Positions 20,377-32,800 of a DNA stretch of 64,000 nucleotides are shown piece by piece. Below the pieces are notes generated by a model, which did no database searches, was not told where the DNA came from, and saw nothing but the letters and a program-made list of their open reading frames with translations. Origin of the DNA: Actinomycetes bacterium (lineage in GTDB: Bacteria; Actinomycetota; Acidimicrobiia; Acidimicrobiales; JAMCPL01); NCBI GenBank assembly GCA_021816935.1, contig JAKAWR010000010.1:42607-106606 (forward strand), given 5' to 3'. The position numbers were made by a program, and so were the translations under genes. Numbering within the stretch: position 1 is the stretch's first letter; each line of letters begins with the position of its first letter.

Positions 20377-21738
20377 GTGACAATGGGAAACGACGTGCCG
20401 GCCCGGACGGGCAGCGACGTGTTGGATACCGGCCTTGCGCCGCTCGGGAACCAGCGGATCGCTTGGGCGGATAGCCACATGCCAGTGCTTTCGTCCATCA
20501 AGGAACGGTTTGCAAAGGAGCGCCCGCTGGAGGGAGCGAAGATCGCCGCGTGCCTGCATGTGACGACGGAGACCGCCAACCTGTTGCGGACACTCGTTGC
20601 CGGCGGGGCTGATGTGGTGGCGTGCGCCTCCAACCCGCTGTCCACCCAGGATGACGTTGCAGCCTCGCTGGTGGAGGACGAGGGAATCCCGGTATTTGCC
20701 GTGCGGGGCGAGGATGCGGCGAGCTACTACAGCCACATTGACGCCTGCCTCGATTTCCACCCGAACATCACGATGGACGATGGGTGCGATCTCGTTACGA
20801 GGCTCCACCAGACGAGGGCAGATCAGGTGGCGGAGGTTGTCGCAGGTACTGAGGAGACTACAACCGGCGTCATCCGGCTGCGTGCCATGGAGGCGGCCGG
20901 GGCGCTCGGATATCCGATCGTGGCGGTGAACGATGCCTATACGAAGCATCTTTTCGACAACCGCTACGGCACCGGCCAGTCTTCCTTGGACGGGATCATG
21001 CGTGCTACCAATGTGCTGCTTGCGGGGCGCAAGGTCGTTGTTGCCGGGTACGGGTACTGCGGCAAGGGAGTGGCTACCAGGGCGAGGGGCATGGGCTCTC
21101 AGGTGATCGTGTGCGAGGTTGATCCCCTCCGTGCACTCGAGGCCGTTATGGACGGCTACAGGGTGGAGCCTATGATGGATGCGGCGCGGGAGGGAGACAT
21201 CTTCATAACGGTTACCGGCGACAGGGAGGTCATCTCGCGGGAGCATTTCCTGGTGATGAAGGACGGCGCGCTGCTCGCTAACTCCGGGCACTTCGACGTG
21301 GAAATCAACCTGGCCGAGCTGGATCGGATGGCGGGCGGGCGCAGGAGGGAGGTCCGGCCGAGCGTCGAGGAGTTCGTAATCGACGCAGGAGAAGGCCCTG
21401 GCAGTCCTGGCGGCGGGTCGGGAGCAACCGGTTCCCCGGCCGTCGTGGGCGGCAAGCGCATCCTTGTTATTGCGCAGGGAAGGCTTGTAAACCTGAGCGC
21501 GGCAGAGGGCCATCCGGCGGCTGTCATGGATATGAGCTTTGCCAACCAGGCACTGGCCGTTGAATGGGTTTACGGCCAGAGCCGGGCGGGCACGCCGCTT
21601 GACGTACGGGTGCATGGCGTCCCTGCCGAGATCGACTCGCAGGTTGCGAAATTGAAGCTGGAGGCGCTCGGCACGGAGATCGATGTGCTTACCGAGGCGC
21701 AGGAGGAGTACCTGCACTCGTGGGAGACCGGGACTTGA
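20377..21738 (+). CDS. ahcY: Adenosylhomocysteinase
   Basis: [49 protein letters not shown] and [11 protein letters not shown]. Confidence 0.96.
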   Translation: MTMGNDVPARTGSDVLDTGLAPLGNQRIAWADSHMPVLSSIKERFAKERPLEGAKIAACLHVTTETANLLRTLVAGGADVVACASNPLSTQDDVAASLVEDEGIPVFAVRGEDAASYYSHIDACLDFHPNITMDDGCDLVTRLHQTRADQVAEVVAGTEETTTGVIRLRAMEAAGALGYPIVAVNDAYTKHLFDNRYGTGQSSLDGIMRATNVLLAGRKVVVAGYGYCGKGVATRARGMGSQVIVCEVDPLRALEAVMDGYRVEPMMDAAREGDIFITVTGDREVISREHFLVMKDGALLANSGHFDVEINLAELDRMAGGRRREVRPSVEEFVIDAGEGPGSPGGGSGATGSPAVVGGKRILVIAQGRLVNLSAAEGHPAAVMDMSFANQALAVEWVYGQSRAGTPLDVRVHGVPAEIDSQVAKLKLEALGTEIDVLTEAQEEYLHSWETGT

Positions 21739-21863
21739 TCGGTACCGGAACTGCTGGCCGAGCCGCCGGAGCCGCCGGAGGGGATGCTGGCCGAGCCGTG
21801 GCCGGTGTGGTCGCTGGAGAAACCCGGCAGAGCGTGGCCCGCGGGCAGGAATAGGGGAATGCC

Positions 21864-24767
21864 TTGAGCGTACTGGAGAGAGTCCTTCGCACCGGCGAGG
21901 GAAAGCGCGCAAGACGCCTGGCCGAGCTCGTACCGTACGTGAACGATCTCGAACCGGGCGTCGAATCCCTCTCCGACGCTGAGCTCGCAGGGAAGACGGC
22001 CGAGTTCAGGGAGCGCTTGGAGCGCGGCGAAACCCTGGACGATCTGCTCGTGGAAGCTTATGCGGTGGTGAGGGAGGCGGCCTGGAGGGTGCTCGGCCAG
22101 CGGCACTTCGATGTCCAGATCATGGGTGGGATCGCGCTCCATTTCGGCTGGATTGCCGAGATGAAGACTGGCGAGGGCAAGACGCTCGTGTCAACCCTGC
22201 CTGTGTACCTGAACGCGCTCGGCGGCGAAGGGGTGCACGTGGTTACCGTTAACGACTACCTGGCAAGGAGGGACTCGGAGTGGATGGGGGAGGTTTACAA
22301 GTTCCTCGGTCTCACCGTCGGTCGGGTCTCGCCGGAAATCGAGGGATTCGAGGAAAAGAAGTCAGCTTACGCCTGCGATGTTACCTACGGTACGAACACG
22401 GAGCTCGGCTTCGACTACCTGCGGGACAACATGGCACGCTCTCGCGAAATGATGGTCCAGCGGGGCCACCAATTCGCGATCGTCGACGAGGTCGACTCGA
22501 TTCTCGTGGACGAGGCGCGTACGCCGCTTATCATCTCGGGTCCCGCGATGGAGTCTGCTCAGACATATTACCAGTTCGCCGGGCTGGTCAAGACGATGAA
22601 GCCGGAGGTCGACTACGAAGTGGACGAGGAGAAGCGGATTGTCGTCCCCACGGAGGAGGGCATAGAGAAGGTAGAGCGCCACCTCGGTCTGACCAACCTG
22701 TACGATTCGCTCGCCGTCAACTATGTCCATCACCTGACCCAGGCGTTAAGGGCCAAAGAACTGTACAAGCTGGACAAGGATTATGTTGTCATGGACGGCG
22801 AGGTCAAGATCGTCGACGAGTTCACCGGCCGGGTGCTGGAGGGCAGGCGCTGGTCGGAGGGGCTGCACCAGGCGGTCGAGGCAAAGGAGCGGGTGCGGAT
22901 CCAGGAGGAGAACCACACCTGGGCGACCGTTACCCTCCAGAACTACTTCCGTATGTACGAGAAGCTGGCCGGCATGACCGGTACCGCCACGACCGAAGCG
23001 GCCGAGTTTGCCAATACCTACGGCATGCAGGTCGTGCCCATCCCCACCAACGTCCCGATGATCAGAGAGGACCATCGTGACGTGATATACAAGTCGGAGG
23101 ACGCGAAGTTCGCCGCCGTGGTCGAGGACCTGGCCGCCCGGTTCAAGGCAGGCCAGCCCGTGCTCGTCGGCACTGCATCCGTGGCGAAGTCCGAGCAACT
23201 TTCGGAGCTGCTCGAGAGAAGGGGCATCCCCCATCAGGTGCTGAATGCCAAGCAGCACACCCGGGAGGCCGAGATCGTGGTCCAGGCGGGAAGGATCGGA
23301 GCGATCACCGTCGCCACGAACATGGCGGGAAGGGGTGTGGATATCCTGCTCGGCGGTAACCCGGAGGGGTTGGCGAGGCGGGAGGTCCTTGCGTCAGGTG
23401 TCGACTTGGCAAGCGAGGAGGGAGCGGCGCTATACGGGAAGAAGCTGGAGAAGTTCAAGGCCGAGTGCGCGAAGGAGGCGAAAAAGGTCGTGGAACTCGG
23501 GGGCCTCTACGTGCTCGGGAGCGAGCGCCACGAGAGCCGCCGGATCGACAACCAGCTTCGCGGCCGCTCAGGTCGCCAGGGGGATCCGGGCGAGTCACGG
23601 TTCTACCTGTCGCTCGAGGACGACTTGATGCGACTTTTCGCCACGGGTGCGATGCAGTGGGTGATGGACCGGGCCCTTCCCGAGGACATCCCGCTGGAGG
23701 CGAGGATGGTCACCCGGGCCATCGAGAAGGCGCAGAACACGGTCGAGCAGCGTAACTCCGAGATCCGTAAGGATGTGCTCAAGTACGACGAGGTCCTGAA
23801 CGAGCAGCGCAAGGTCGTCTACGCCAGACGGATCCAGATCATCGATGGAGAAGACCTTTCCGGCATGACGGAGGCGCTCTTGGAGGAGGTCGTGATGTCG
23901 GCCGTGCAGGCTTACTGCCCGTCGGATTTCCAGGAGGAGTGGAATACGAACGGCCTCGTGACGGAGATCCTTCAGTACTACCCTACGCGTTTCCAGCCCG
24001 AGGAGCTTCTCGAGGCGGCGGATGCGGCCCATCTGACGGAAAGCATCCTGGCCGAGGCGCTCGACTACTACTCCCGGCGGGACGAGGCGTTCCCCGGCGG
24101 TGCAGAGGACGCGAGAGCCGTCGAGAGGGAGGTCATGCTCCAGATGCTCGACCAGGCATGGAAGGACCACCTCATGGAGATGGACTACCTGCGTGAGGGG
24201 ATTAATCTTCGTGCGATGGGCCAGTACGACCCGCTGGTGGCCTGGCAGAAGGATGGTTTCGACATGTTCGGGGCCATGATGGAGGGGGTCAAGTTGGACT
24301 ACCTCCGCTACGTCCTGCACGTCGAGGCGATCGAGGCTCCGGCCAGCGAACCGGCGCTGGAGGGAGCAAGCTACCAGGCAGCGGAGGATCCTGCGATGGA
24401 ACCGGGCATGGCCGTCGAGATGGCGGGTGTACCGGTGTTCCCGTCAGGCGACGCAGCCCGGGTGAGTGGCCCGGCTTTCGTTACGGGGGCTACGGCTGCC
24501 GGCGGAACCGGGCGGGCCCGAGGAGGCGGCGCCGGAGCGGGTCCGGTCGCGGTTGGTGCGGGAGTCCGAGCCGGGGCGGACGGCCGTGGAAGGGCCGGCG
24601 GTGCAGGAGGTCGCGTGCGGACCGGTGGAGCCGGAGATGCGGGAGCGCGGACTGGTACAGGAGGGGAAGGCGTCGTGGGCACGGGAGGCGGTGCGAAGGT
24701 GGGGCGCAACGATCCGTGCTGGTGCGGTAGCGGCAAGAAGTTCAAGTTCTGCCATGGTACTTCCTGA
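21864..24767 (+). CDS. secA: Preprotein translocase ATPase SecA
   Basis: EMKTGEGKT, IVDEVDSILVDEARTPLIISG, TNMAGRG, QLRGRSGRQGDPG and C-terminal SEC-C GRNDPCWCGSGKKFKFCHG. Confidence 0.97.
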   Translation: MSVLERVLRTGEGKRARRLAELVPYVNDLEPGVESLSDAELAGKTAEFRERLERGETLDDLLVEAYAVVREAAWRVLGQRHFDVQIMGGIALHFGWIAEMKTGEGKTLVSTLPVYLNALGGEGVHVVTVNDYLARRDSEWMGEVYKFLGLTVGRVSPEIEGFEEKKSAYACDVTYGTNTELGFDYLRDNMARSREMMVQRGHQFAIVDEVDSILVDEARTPLIISGPAMESAQTYYQFAGLVKTMKPEVDYEVDEEKRIVVPTEEGIEKVERHLGLTNLYDSLAVNYVHHLTQALRAKELYKLDKDYVVMDGEVKIVDEFTGRVLEGRRWSEGLHQAVEAKERVRIQEENHTWATVTLQNYFRMYEKLAGMTGTATTEAAEFANTYGMQVVPIPTNVPMIREDHRDVIYKSEDAKFAAVVEDLAARFKAGQPVLVGTASVAKSEQLSELLERRGIPHQVLNAKQHTREAEIVVQAGRIGAITVATNMAGRGVDILLGGNPEGLARREVLASGVDLASEEGAALYGKKLEKFKAECAKEAKKVVELGGLYVLGSERHESRRIDNQLRGRSGRQGDPGESRFYLSLEDDLMRLFATGAMQWVMDRALPEDIPLEARMVTRAIEKAQNTVEQRNSEIRKDVLKYDEVLNEQRKVVYARRIQIIDGEDLSGMTEALLEEVVMSAVQAYCPSDFQEEWNTNGLVTEILQYYPTRFQPEELLEAADAAHLTESILAEALDYYSRRDEAFPGGAEDARAVEREVMLQMLDQAWKDHLMEMDYLREGINLRAMGQYDPLVAWQKDGFDMFGAMMEGVKLDYLRYVLHVEAIEAPASEPALEGASYQAAEDPAMEPGMAVEMAGVPVFPSGDAARVSGPAFVTGATAAGGTGRARGGGAGAGPVAVGAGVRAGADGRGRAGGAGGRVRTGGAGDAGARTGTGGEGVVGTGGGAKVGRNDPCWCGSGKKFKFCHGTS

Positions 24768-24838
24768 GCGTCCCCGGGACCGCTGGCGGCGCCCCCCCGT
24801 GTGGGTAAGGGTCTGTTTGTTGAGAGCCTGCGGCTGCC

Positions 24839-25951
24839 ATGGCGCTTCCTGAGGCAAGGGAGACGCTGTCGTCACTGTCGAAGCGGCTGGACGAGGCGAA
24901 GGTCTATATGGGCGAGGATCGGCTCGGGGCGCGGGCGGCGGAACTGGAGGCTCAGGCTAGCGAGCCCGACCTCTGGTCTGACCAGGAACGGGGGCGCGCC
25001 GTGACGAGCGAGCTGGGTCACGTTCGCGACGATCTCGAGGTGCTGAGCAGTCTTGCCCGGTCACTCCAGGACGCGGAGGTCCTTCTCGGACTGCTTGCGG
25101 AGGAGGGGGAGAGCGGCGAGGACGAGGATCTGGACCGTGCGATAGCGGAACTGGACGCCCGCCTGTCGGAGCTGGAGTTGCGGTCCCTCCTGTCCGGCGA
25201 ATATGACGAGCGAGACTGTGTAGCTGAACTGCATGCGGGAGCGGGAGGCACCGACGCCCAGGACTGGTGCGAAATTCTGCTGCGGGTCTACCTCAGGTGG
25301 GCCGAGCGCTACGGCTACGAGGTCGAGCTGGACGAAGTGACTGAGGGCACCGAGGCGGGCCTCCTGTCCGCGACGTTCATTGTGAAGGGCCGGTTCGCGT
25401 ACGGGATGCTCTCGGCGGAGCGCGGCGTGCACCGGCTCGTGAGGATGTCCCCATTCGACTCGCAGCACCGGCGCCATACGAGCTTTGCGTCGTTCGACGT
25501 GATCCCGTTTCTTCCAGACTTGCCGGATATTGAGATAGACGAGAAGGACCTGCGCGTCGATACTTACCGTTCGTCCGGCGCGGGTGGCCAGCATGTGAAC
25601 AAGACCGATTCGGCGGTGCGGCTGACCCATCTGCCCACCGGGACCGTCGTGTCCTGCCAGAACGAGCGAAGCCAAACCCAGAACAAGGCGAGAGCCATGC
25701 AGATCCTTGTGTCTAAGCTGGCCTCCATCCAGCAGGCGGAGCGCCGCCGGCAGATGGACGCGATCTCGGGTCCGAAGAGCGAGGTCGCCTGGGGAAGCCA
25801 GATACGTTCCTACACCCTCGCTCCCTTCCAACTCGTGAAGGACCACCGGACGAGCCACGAAACCGGCAACGTCGAGGCCGTCTTGGATGGCGACATCACG
25901 GCGTTCATGGACGCGGAACTCAGGCGCCGCCGGCAGGACAGCGCGCCGTAG
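24839..25951 (+). CDS. prfB: Peptide chain release factor 2
   Basis: SPF anticodon tripeptide (RMSPFDS), GAGGQHVN and WGSQIRSY; continuous ORF with no programmed frameshift. Confidence 0.95.
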   Translation: MALPEARETLSSLSKRLDEAKVYMGEDRLGARAAELEAQASEPDLWSDQERGRAVTSELGHVRDDLEVLSSLARSLQDAEVLLGLLAEEGESGEDEDLDRAIAELDARLSELELRSLLSGEYDERDCVAELHAGAGGTDAQDWCEILLRVYLRWAERYGYEVELDEVTEGTEAGLLSATFIVKGRFAYGMLSAERGVHRLVRMSPFDSQHRRHTSFASFDVIPFLPDLPDIEIDEKDLRVDTYRSSGAGGQHVNKTDSAVRLTHLPTGTVVSCQNERSQTQNKARAMQILVSKLASIQQAERRRQMDAISGPKSEVAWGSQIRSYTLAPFQLVKDHRTSHETGNVEAVLDGDITAFMDAELRRRRQDSAP

Positions 25952-25969
25952 TCCCCTGAGCTGGGGCCC

Positions 25970-26282
25970 TCAGCGCCGAAAATCCCGCCCCAGCATGTGG
26001 TCGGTTGCCTCGTCGGCCTTTTGTGTCTCGTGCGATTTTACCCGATCGATTGGCTCTCCGAGGCGTCCCCAACCAACAGCCGAAAGCTGATCCACCATTA
26101 CGAACGTATCCGATCCCTTGACCCTCGCTCTGGGGCGAAACGAGGCCGGTCGGCATGATGTGGATGTCGGAGCTGGTACCGCCGCCGAGAGCGGCCACGT
26201 CGTCCGATTGCAGAACGACAGCATGGCGAACGCCCCTCTGCCCCCTTCCTGCAGGCCGTAACCGATGAACGTCACCACGTAC
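25970..26282 (-). pseudogene. MazF/PemK toxin pseudogene
   Basis: (V)RGDVHRLR...QRGVRHAVVLQSDDV, +1 frameshift at ~26195, then PLSAAVPAPTSTSCRPASFRP...VDQLSAV..RLG. Expected start codon reads GTA. Confidence 0.75.
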
Positions 26283-26400
26283 GAAGGGTTTCCAGGTCAG
26301 CCTGGACACGAGCCACCTCCCTGCGGTCGCGTTCATCGGTCCGGATAGCCTCGGCCTCAGCGGTGAGTCGTGCTCTGCGCTGTTCGGCGGCGGCAGTGAT
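26272..26400 (-). pseudogene. 5'-truncated antitoxin remnant overlapping the toxin start
   Basis: Frame reads [42 protein letters not shown], resembling C-termini recalled for antitoxins of actinobacterial MazF genes; its stop overlaps the toxin's first codons. Confidence 0.6.
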
Positions 26401-26456
26401 GTAGTCTGCTAGACTTGCCTGGGCACCGGAAGGTTCGGTGCGCACACTTTGCGATT

Positions 26457-27239
<783 letters not shown>

Positions 27240-27323
27240 GCGTGCGCGCTGCGTGCCGGTTGGACGTGCGTGCGTGATGCCTTGCGCCGAGACTGAGGTC
27301 GCCGGGCAGGCGGGTCCGGTCTG

Positions 27324-28205
27324 ATGGCAGTGTCTGTGGATTTCGTAGCTCGGGAGACCGGTTCCAACCTGTGGCGGAACAAGGCGATGACTCTTGCGGC
27401 AGTCCTGACCGTGGCCGTGTCGTTGTCGCTGCTTGGCGCGGCGCTGTTCCTGCGGCAGGGGATCTCGAATGCCACAGTCAAGTGGCAGCATGGGGTAAAC
27501 GTGATCGTCTGGTTCCACGCTGATTCGAGCACGGCCACTCAGCGGGTGATCGGCGAGGAGTTGACCCAGAACAGTTATGTCCGTAGCTGCACATACCACA
27601 GCCAGGCGCAGGATTACCGGGCCGCTCTTAAGGCGGTTCCTGCGACCGCAGCCTCGGTGCTCTCCGCGTCTACTACGCCGGCATCGGACTGGTGTGCACT
27701 GTCGAACCCGCAGGAGGCGACCGCCGTGGCAAGGACTTTCCAGAACTCTCCGGGCGTGCGGAACGTCCAGTACCCGAGTCAGGCGATCAAGAACATGGAG
27801 AACGTCACGCACGCGCTGCAGTGGGCTTTTATCATTGTGGCGCTGGTGCTGCTCATCTCTTCATCGGTTCTCATCGTGAACACGATCAGGCTTGCCATCT
27901 TCTCGCGTCGCAAGGAGGTCTCCGTGATGAAGCTGGTGGGGGCGACGGACTGGTTCATTCGCGTTCCGTTCATTCTGGAGGGCCTTGTCCAGGGGCTGCT
28001 CGGTGCGCTGGTGTCGGTTCTTGTCGTGTTGGCACTGAACTGGACCATTGACGGAGTTAGCTCGGGCAACATCACAAGTATCGTTTACAGGATGAGGCTT
28101 TCGGGTGCGGACCTCGGGTGGACGCTCGTGATGGTCGTTCTTGTGGGCCTTGTGGTCAGTACCGTAGGGTCCGGGTTCGCCGTCAGGCGCTTTCTCGACG
28201 TCTGA
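27324..28205 (+). CDS. ftsX: Cell division permease FtsX
   Basis: NLWRNKAMT, NTIRLAIFSRRKEVSVMKLVGATDWFIRVPFILEG. Confidence 0.93.
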   Translation: MAVSVDFVARETGSNLWRNKAMTLAAVLTVAVSLSLLGAALFLRQGISNATVKWQHGVNVIVWFHADSSTATQRVIGEELTQNSYVRSCTYHSQAQDYRAALKAVPATAASVLSASTTPASDWCALSNPQEATAVARTFQNSPGVRNVQYPSQAIKNMENVTHALQWAFIIVALVLLISSSVLIVNTIRLAIFSRRKEVSVMKLVGATDWFIRVPFILEGLVQGLLGALVSVLVVLALNWTIDGVSSGNITSIVYRMRLSGADLGWTLVMVVLVGLVVSTVGSGFAVRRFLDV

Positions 28206-29485
28206 TGCCGACGCAGCCGCCGGTGCCGCCGCCAGCGGTCGCCGCTGATGGCGTGGTCGGGGCAACTGTAGCCGTACTTTTCGGCGGGCCATCGCCCGAG
28301 CACGACGTGTCGATCCTGACGGGGCTTCAGGCGTTGCACGAACTGGGTAGAGCGGGGAGGCGGGCCTTCGGAATCTACTGGAGCAAGGTCGGGGACTTCT
28401 ACCGGGTGGAGGGTCTACCGGAGGCGAAGGAGTTTGCCGCTGGCCTGCCTCCCCGGTCCGAAAGGCTTGCGTTGGTCGCGGGTCCGGGTGCGGGAGGTCA
28501 TGGCGGCGTGGGTTCGGGTGGGGGATTCCATACCAGGGGGCGCCTCAGGATGCAGCGGATGGACCTGGATGTGGTGCTCAACTGCTGCCATGGAGGCCCC
28601 GGCGAGGACGGAGCGATCCAGGGCATGCTCGACTCAGCCGGGGTGCTCTACACCGGACAGGGGGCGGCTGGCTCGTCCCTGTGCATGGACAAGCTGGCCT
28701 TCCACGGAGTGGCTGGTGCCCTCGGCATTCCCACGCTGCCCCGGAGGCTGCTTCCCGGTCGTGGTCCTGCGGGCGGTGACGCCTTGGGTGGCCGGTCGCA
28801 TCTAGGTTCGGAAGTCCAGGGAGGGCCGGGAGCGTCAGGTGGTCCGACGCCGGCACCGCTCGTCATCAAGCCCCGTTACGGCGGTTCGTCCATCGGGGTC
28901 GAGGTAGTCGCGGATATGGCCACAGCCGTAGCTCGGGCGTCGGTCAGCCCGCATCTTGGACGGGGAGCAGTCGTCGAGCCCTACCGATCCGACCTTGTTG
29001 ACCTGAATGTCGCTATGAGGAGCTGGCCCTCCTTCCAGTTGTCGGCGATCGAGCGGCCACTCAAGCAGATATCGTCCAACGAGATACTTGCCTTCGACGA
29101 CAAGTATGCCGGTTTCGAGGGGATGGCCGGAGCCCCGAGGGAGCTACCGGCGAAGATAGATGGCGAGACAGCAGATGCTGTCGCAGGGATGAGCCGGGAA
29201 ATAGCAGCAGCGATCTCGTTGCGCGGCGTCGTCCGTGTCGATTTCCTCTGGGGCGGGGGTGCTGGCGGGGCCGAGGCCGGAGCCGAACTCTACCTGAACG
29301 AGGTGAACTCGATACCGGGGTCGCTCTCCCGGTATCTATGGATCGAACCTCCCCTAGCGTTCTTGCAGCTTATCGACGATCTGGTTGCGGAGGCGCTGGC
29401 GGGGCCCCCCGCGGTCTACGGCACTTCGGGGGCGGATGGGGCGCTCCTCGATCGAGCTGTCCGCATGGCCTCGAAGCTCGCCTGA
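28205..29485 (+). CDS. ddl: D-alanine--D-alanine ligase
   Basis: VLFGGPSPEHDVSILTG, HGGPGEDG, CMDK, IKPRYGGSSIG, RVDF and NEVNSIPGS; ATG overlaps the ftsX stop (TGATG). Confidence 0.88.
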   Translation: MPTQPPVPPPAVAADGVVGATVAVLFGGPSPEHDVSILTGLQALHELGRAGRRAFGIYWSKVGDFYRVEGLPEAKEFAAGLPPRSERLALVAGPGAGGHGGVGSGGGFHTRGRLRMQRMDLDVVLNCCHGGPGEDGAIQGMLDSAGVLYTGQGAAGSSLCMDKLAFHGVAGALGIPTLPRRLLPGRGPAGGDALGGRSHLGSEVQGGPGASGGPTPAPLVIKPRYGGSSIGVEVVADMATAVARASVSPHLGRGAVVEPYRSDLVDLNVAMRSWPSFQLSAIERPLKQISSNEILAFDDKYAGFEGMAGAPRELPAKIDGETADAVAGMSREIAAAISLRGVVRVDFLWGGGAGGAEAGAELYLNEVNSIPGSLSRYLWIEPPLAFLQLIDDLVAEALAGPPAVYGTSGADGALLDRAVRMASKLA

Positions 29486-29534
29486 ACCGTCACCCCAGTT
29501 CAACGGGCAACTTCGCGATGGCTTCCGAGGGTCG

Positions 29535-29613
29535 TTGACACGGCTGTAAGTACTGTGCTGTAATTACACCTGTATCTAGTGGTGTCCGGTGTGAACACCA
29601 CAAGATATAGTGG
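29535..29613 (+). promoter_or_regulatory. nrdJ promoter with tandem NrdR boxes
   Basis: TTGACA (29535), 18 bp, TGTAAT (29559); 16-bp boxes CACCTGTATCTAGTGG (29567-29582) and CCACAAGATATAGTGG (29598-29613), 31 bp apart as is canonical for NrdR. Confidence 0.85.
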
Positions 29614-29838
29614 TATTGGGCCTTCTCGACTGGCTGCACGAGAATGCCGTGCCTGCTATGGTGACTGCTGAGCGAGAGCGTCCGGTGGATGCGAGAGCGA
29701 GGAAGCCGGCCGGCTGATGGGAGGCGGCGACGGAGCCGCTACCGGTTCGGTGGTCGTGAAGCTTGAGCAGGTTGGCAGGATGCGGTACCGACCACGGTCG
29801 GCTGGTTGCGAGGACACGATTTCGTGCGAAAGGGAGCC

Positions 29839-32800
29839 ATGACGATAGCGCCGGAAATGAACATGATAGGGGTGAAAAGGCATTTCACGACTTCGGGGGT
29901 CGATCCGTACGATCTCGTGGACTGGGAGCTGCGTACCGCCAGGATAGACAATCCGACGGACGGCAGCGTCGTCTTCGAGCAGCGAGACGTGGAGGTGCCT
30001 CGTACGTGGAGCCAGAACGCCACCAACATCCTTGCGCAGAAGTACTTCAGGGGGGCACTGGGCACACCTGAACGGGAGCATTCGCTGAAGCAGGTTTGCA
30101 ACCGAGTGGTTGATACGATCGCAGCCTGGGGCGATAAGGACGGGTACTTTGACGGTCCCGAGGAGGTCGAGGCGTTCGTTGCCGAATTGAAGTACCTGAT
30201 CATTACTCAGAGGGCCGCTTTCAACTCGCCGGTCTGGTTCAACATCGGTGTGTTGGACGTGCCGCAGCAGGCTTCAGCGTGTTTTATCCTGTCGGTGGAC
30301 GATACGATGGACTCGATCCTCAACTGGTACACGGAGGAGGGGACGATTTTCAAGGGCGGGTCCGGCGCCGGGGTCAACCTCTCGTCCATCAGGGCGTCAA
30401 GTGAGCCGCTGAAGGGTGGCGGGACGGCGTCCGGCCCGGTGTCGTTCATGCGTGGGGCAGACGCCTCGGCCGGTACGATCAAGTCCGGCGGAAAGACGCG
30501 CCGTGCCGCAAAAATGGTCATCCTCAATGCCGACCACCCGGATATCGAGGAGTTCATCTGGTGCAAGGCAAGGGAGGAGCGCAAAGCCAGGGCGCTGCGT
30601 GAGGCCGGCTTCGATATGAGTCTCGACGGAGCGGATTCGTTCTCGGTCCAGTATCAGAACGCGAACAATTCGGTGAGGGTCACCGACGAGTTCATGTGGA
30701 GCGTGGTCGATGGTGGCACGTGGGACCTGACGGCGAGGCACGGGGGCCAGGTGCTCCGGAGCGTGGATGCCCGCGGGCTTTTCCGCCAGATCGCCGAGGC
30801 AGCGTGGGATTGCGCCGACCCCGGTATCCAGTTCGACACCACCATTAACAACTGGCACACGACGCCCAATGCTGGCCGGATCAACGGCAGCAATCCATGC
30901 TCAGAATATATGCACATAGACAACTCGGCCTGCAATCTGGCCAGCCTGAACCTGCTCAAGTTCCTGGAGAGTGACGGTGGTTTTAAGGTCGAGGATTTCA
31001 AGGCAGCCGTCGAGCCCGTGTTCGTGGCGCAGGACATCCTTGTGTCGAATGCCGACTATCCGACGCCGAAGATTGCCGAGAATTCGCGCCGGATGCGCGA
31101 GCTCGGGCTTGGTTACGCAAACCTCGGTGCCGCCATCATGGCGCAGGGGATGCCCTACGACTCACCTGAGGCAGGGACCTGGGCGGGTGCGGTTACGGCG
31201 CTCATGACCGGTCACGCGTACCGCGTATCGGCCCGCATGGCGGCGAGGCTAGGGCCCTTTGCCGGCTACCACGCCGATTCCGAGGGGACGGCGCGGGTGC
31301 TCTCCCAGCATCGCCAGGCCGTCGCGGCGATAGACGAGGAGCTGGTGCCGACGGACCTCCTGTCTGCGGCTCAGGAGGCCTGGGACACGGCGGTCTCGGA
31401 GGCAGAGGCCAACGGCGTGCGCAACTCGCAAGCCACCGTGTTGGCCCCCACCGGAACCATCGGTTTGTTGATGGATTGCGATACGACGGGGATTGAGCCG
31501 GATCTGGGCCTGGTCAAGACGAAGCGCCTAGTGGGCGGTGGAACGATGTCGATTGTGAACCAGACGGTCGGGAGAGCGCTGGAGCGGCTGGGCTACTCGA
31601 GTGCCGAAGCCGATCAGATCACAGCGTACATAGACGAGCACAAGAGTATTATGGGCGCTCCCGGGCTCCAGCCGGAGCACCTCCCTGTCTTTGCGTGCTC
31701 GATGGGGGACAATGCCATTCATTACATGGGCCACGTCAGGATGATGGCCGCCGTGCAGCCGTTCATCTCGGGCGCTATCTCGAAGACGGTCAACATGCCG
31801 GAGGATGCGACGGTTGAGCAGGTGGAGGAGTTGCTCTTGGACGGCTGGAGGATGGGGCTCAAGGCTATCGCCATCTACAGGGATAACTGCAAGGTGGCCC
31901 AGCCGCTGTCAGTGACGAAGCGTGACAAGGGAGAGCGGGGCGACGCTGCCGGGGCCGGCGAGGATGCGGGAGGCGCAGCAGGCGGCGGGACGGGCATTGA
32001 GCCAGGGGGCGTGGTGGGCGCCGGGAGCCAGCCTGGCGGAGTGCCAGGGGGAGCGACCTTCGATGAGCCAGCCCTGAGCCAGCGTATCGAGGAGCTGGAG
32101 CGCCTCCTCCAGACGGAGGTTGCTGTCAAACGCCCCGTGCGAGAGAGGCTACCCCGCCGCAGGCACTCGGCTACGTTCGCGTTCCGAGTTGCAGACTGCG
32201 AGGGCTACGTGACGGTGGGGGAGTACGACGACCGGCGGCCGGGCGAAGTTTTCATGAAGGTATCGAAGCAGGGATCCACGCTCTCCGGCATCATGGACGC
32301 GTTCTCGATCTCGGTCAGCCTTGGGTTACAGCACGGCGTTCCGCTGGCGACCTACGTGCGGAAGTTCACGAACATGCGCTTCGAGCCAGCCGGGATTACC
32401 GACGACGCCGACCTGAGGATCGCCTCCAGTCTCGTCGACTACATATTCCGGCGCCTCGCTCTCGATTATCTGAGTCTCGACGAGCGCCAGGAGCTCGGTA
32501 TCCTCTCGACGAAGGAGCGAACCCAGCCCACGCTACCCGGCATGGATGAGGTCGGCGTGGAATCCTCGGGCATCGTTGAAGGGTCTCCCGGCTCTGCGTC
32601 GGGCGAGGTCGGACCGCGGGGCAAGGTTGCGCCGGCGGGGCAGGAAAAGACGGTCGGTGGCGAGGACGGTGCGGAGCCCGGCGTTAGCGCTGAAGGCAGT
32701 GCTGGGGCAGGTGTCAGTGGGGCAGGTGCCAGTGGGGCAGGTGGCGCAGGTGCGGGCGACGCTGCAGGTGTCGCCAGTGCTGCTGCAGGTCGTGTCGTGG

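Noticed and set aside
19906-21912. Long antisense or alternate-frame ORFs (e.g. 668 aa opposite ahcY, 467 aa opposite ftsEX, 323 aa opposite the cyclase)
   Set aside because: Shadow ORFs expected in high-GC DNA; they overlap well-supported genes and show no recognisable motifs.
24839-24920. prfB programmed +1 frameshift
   Set aside because: No CTT-TGA site; the ORF is continuous, which is normal for Actinobacteria.
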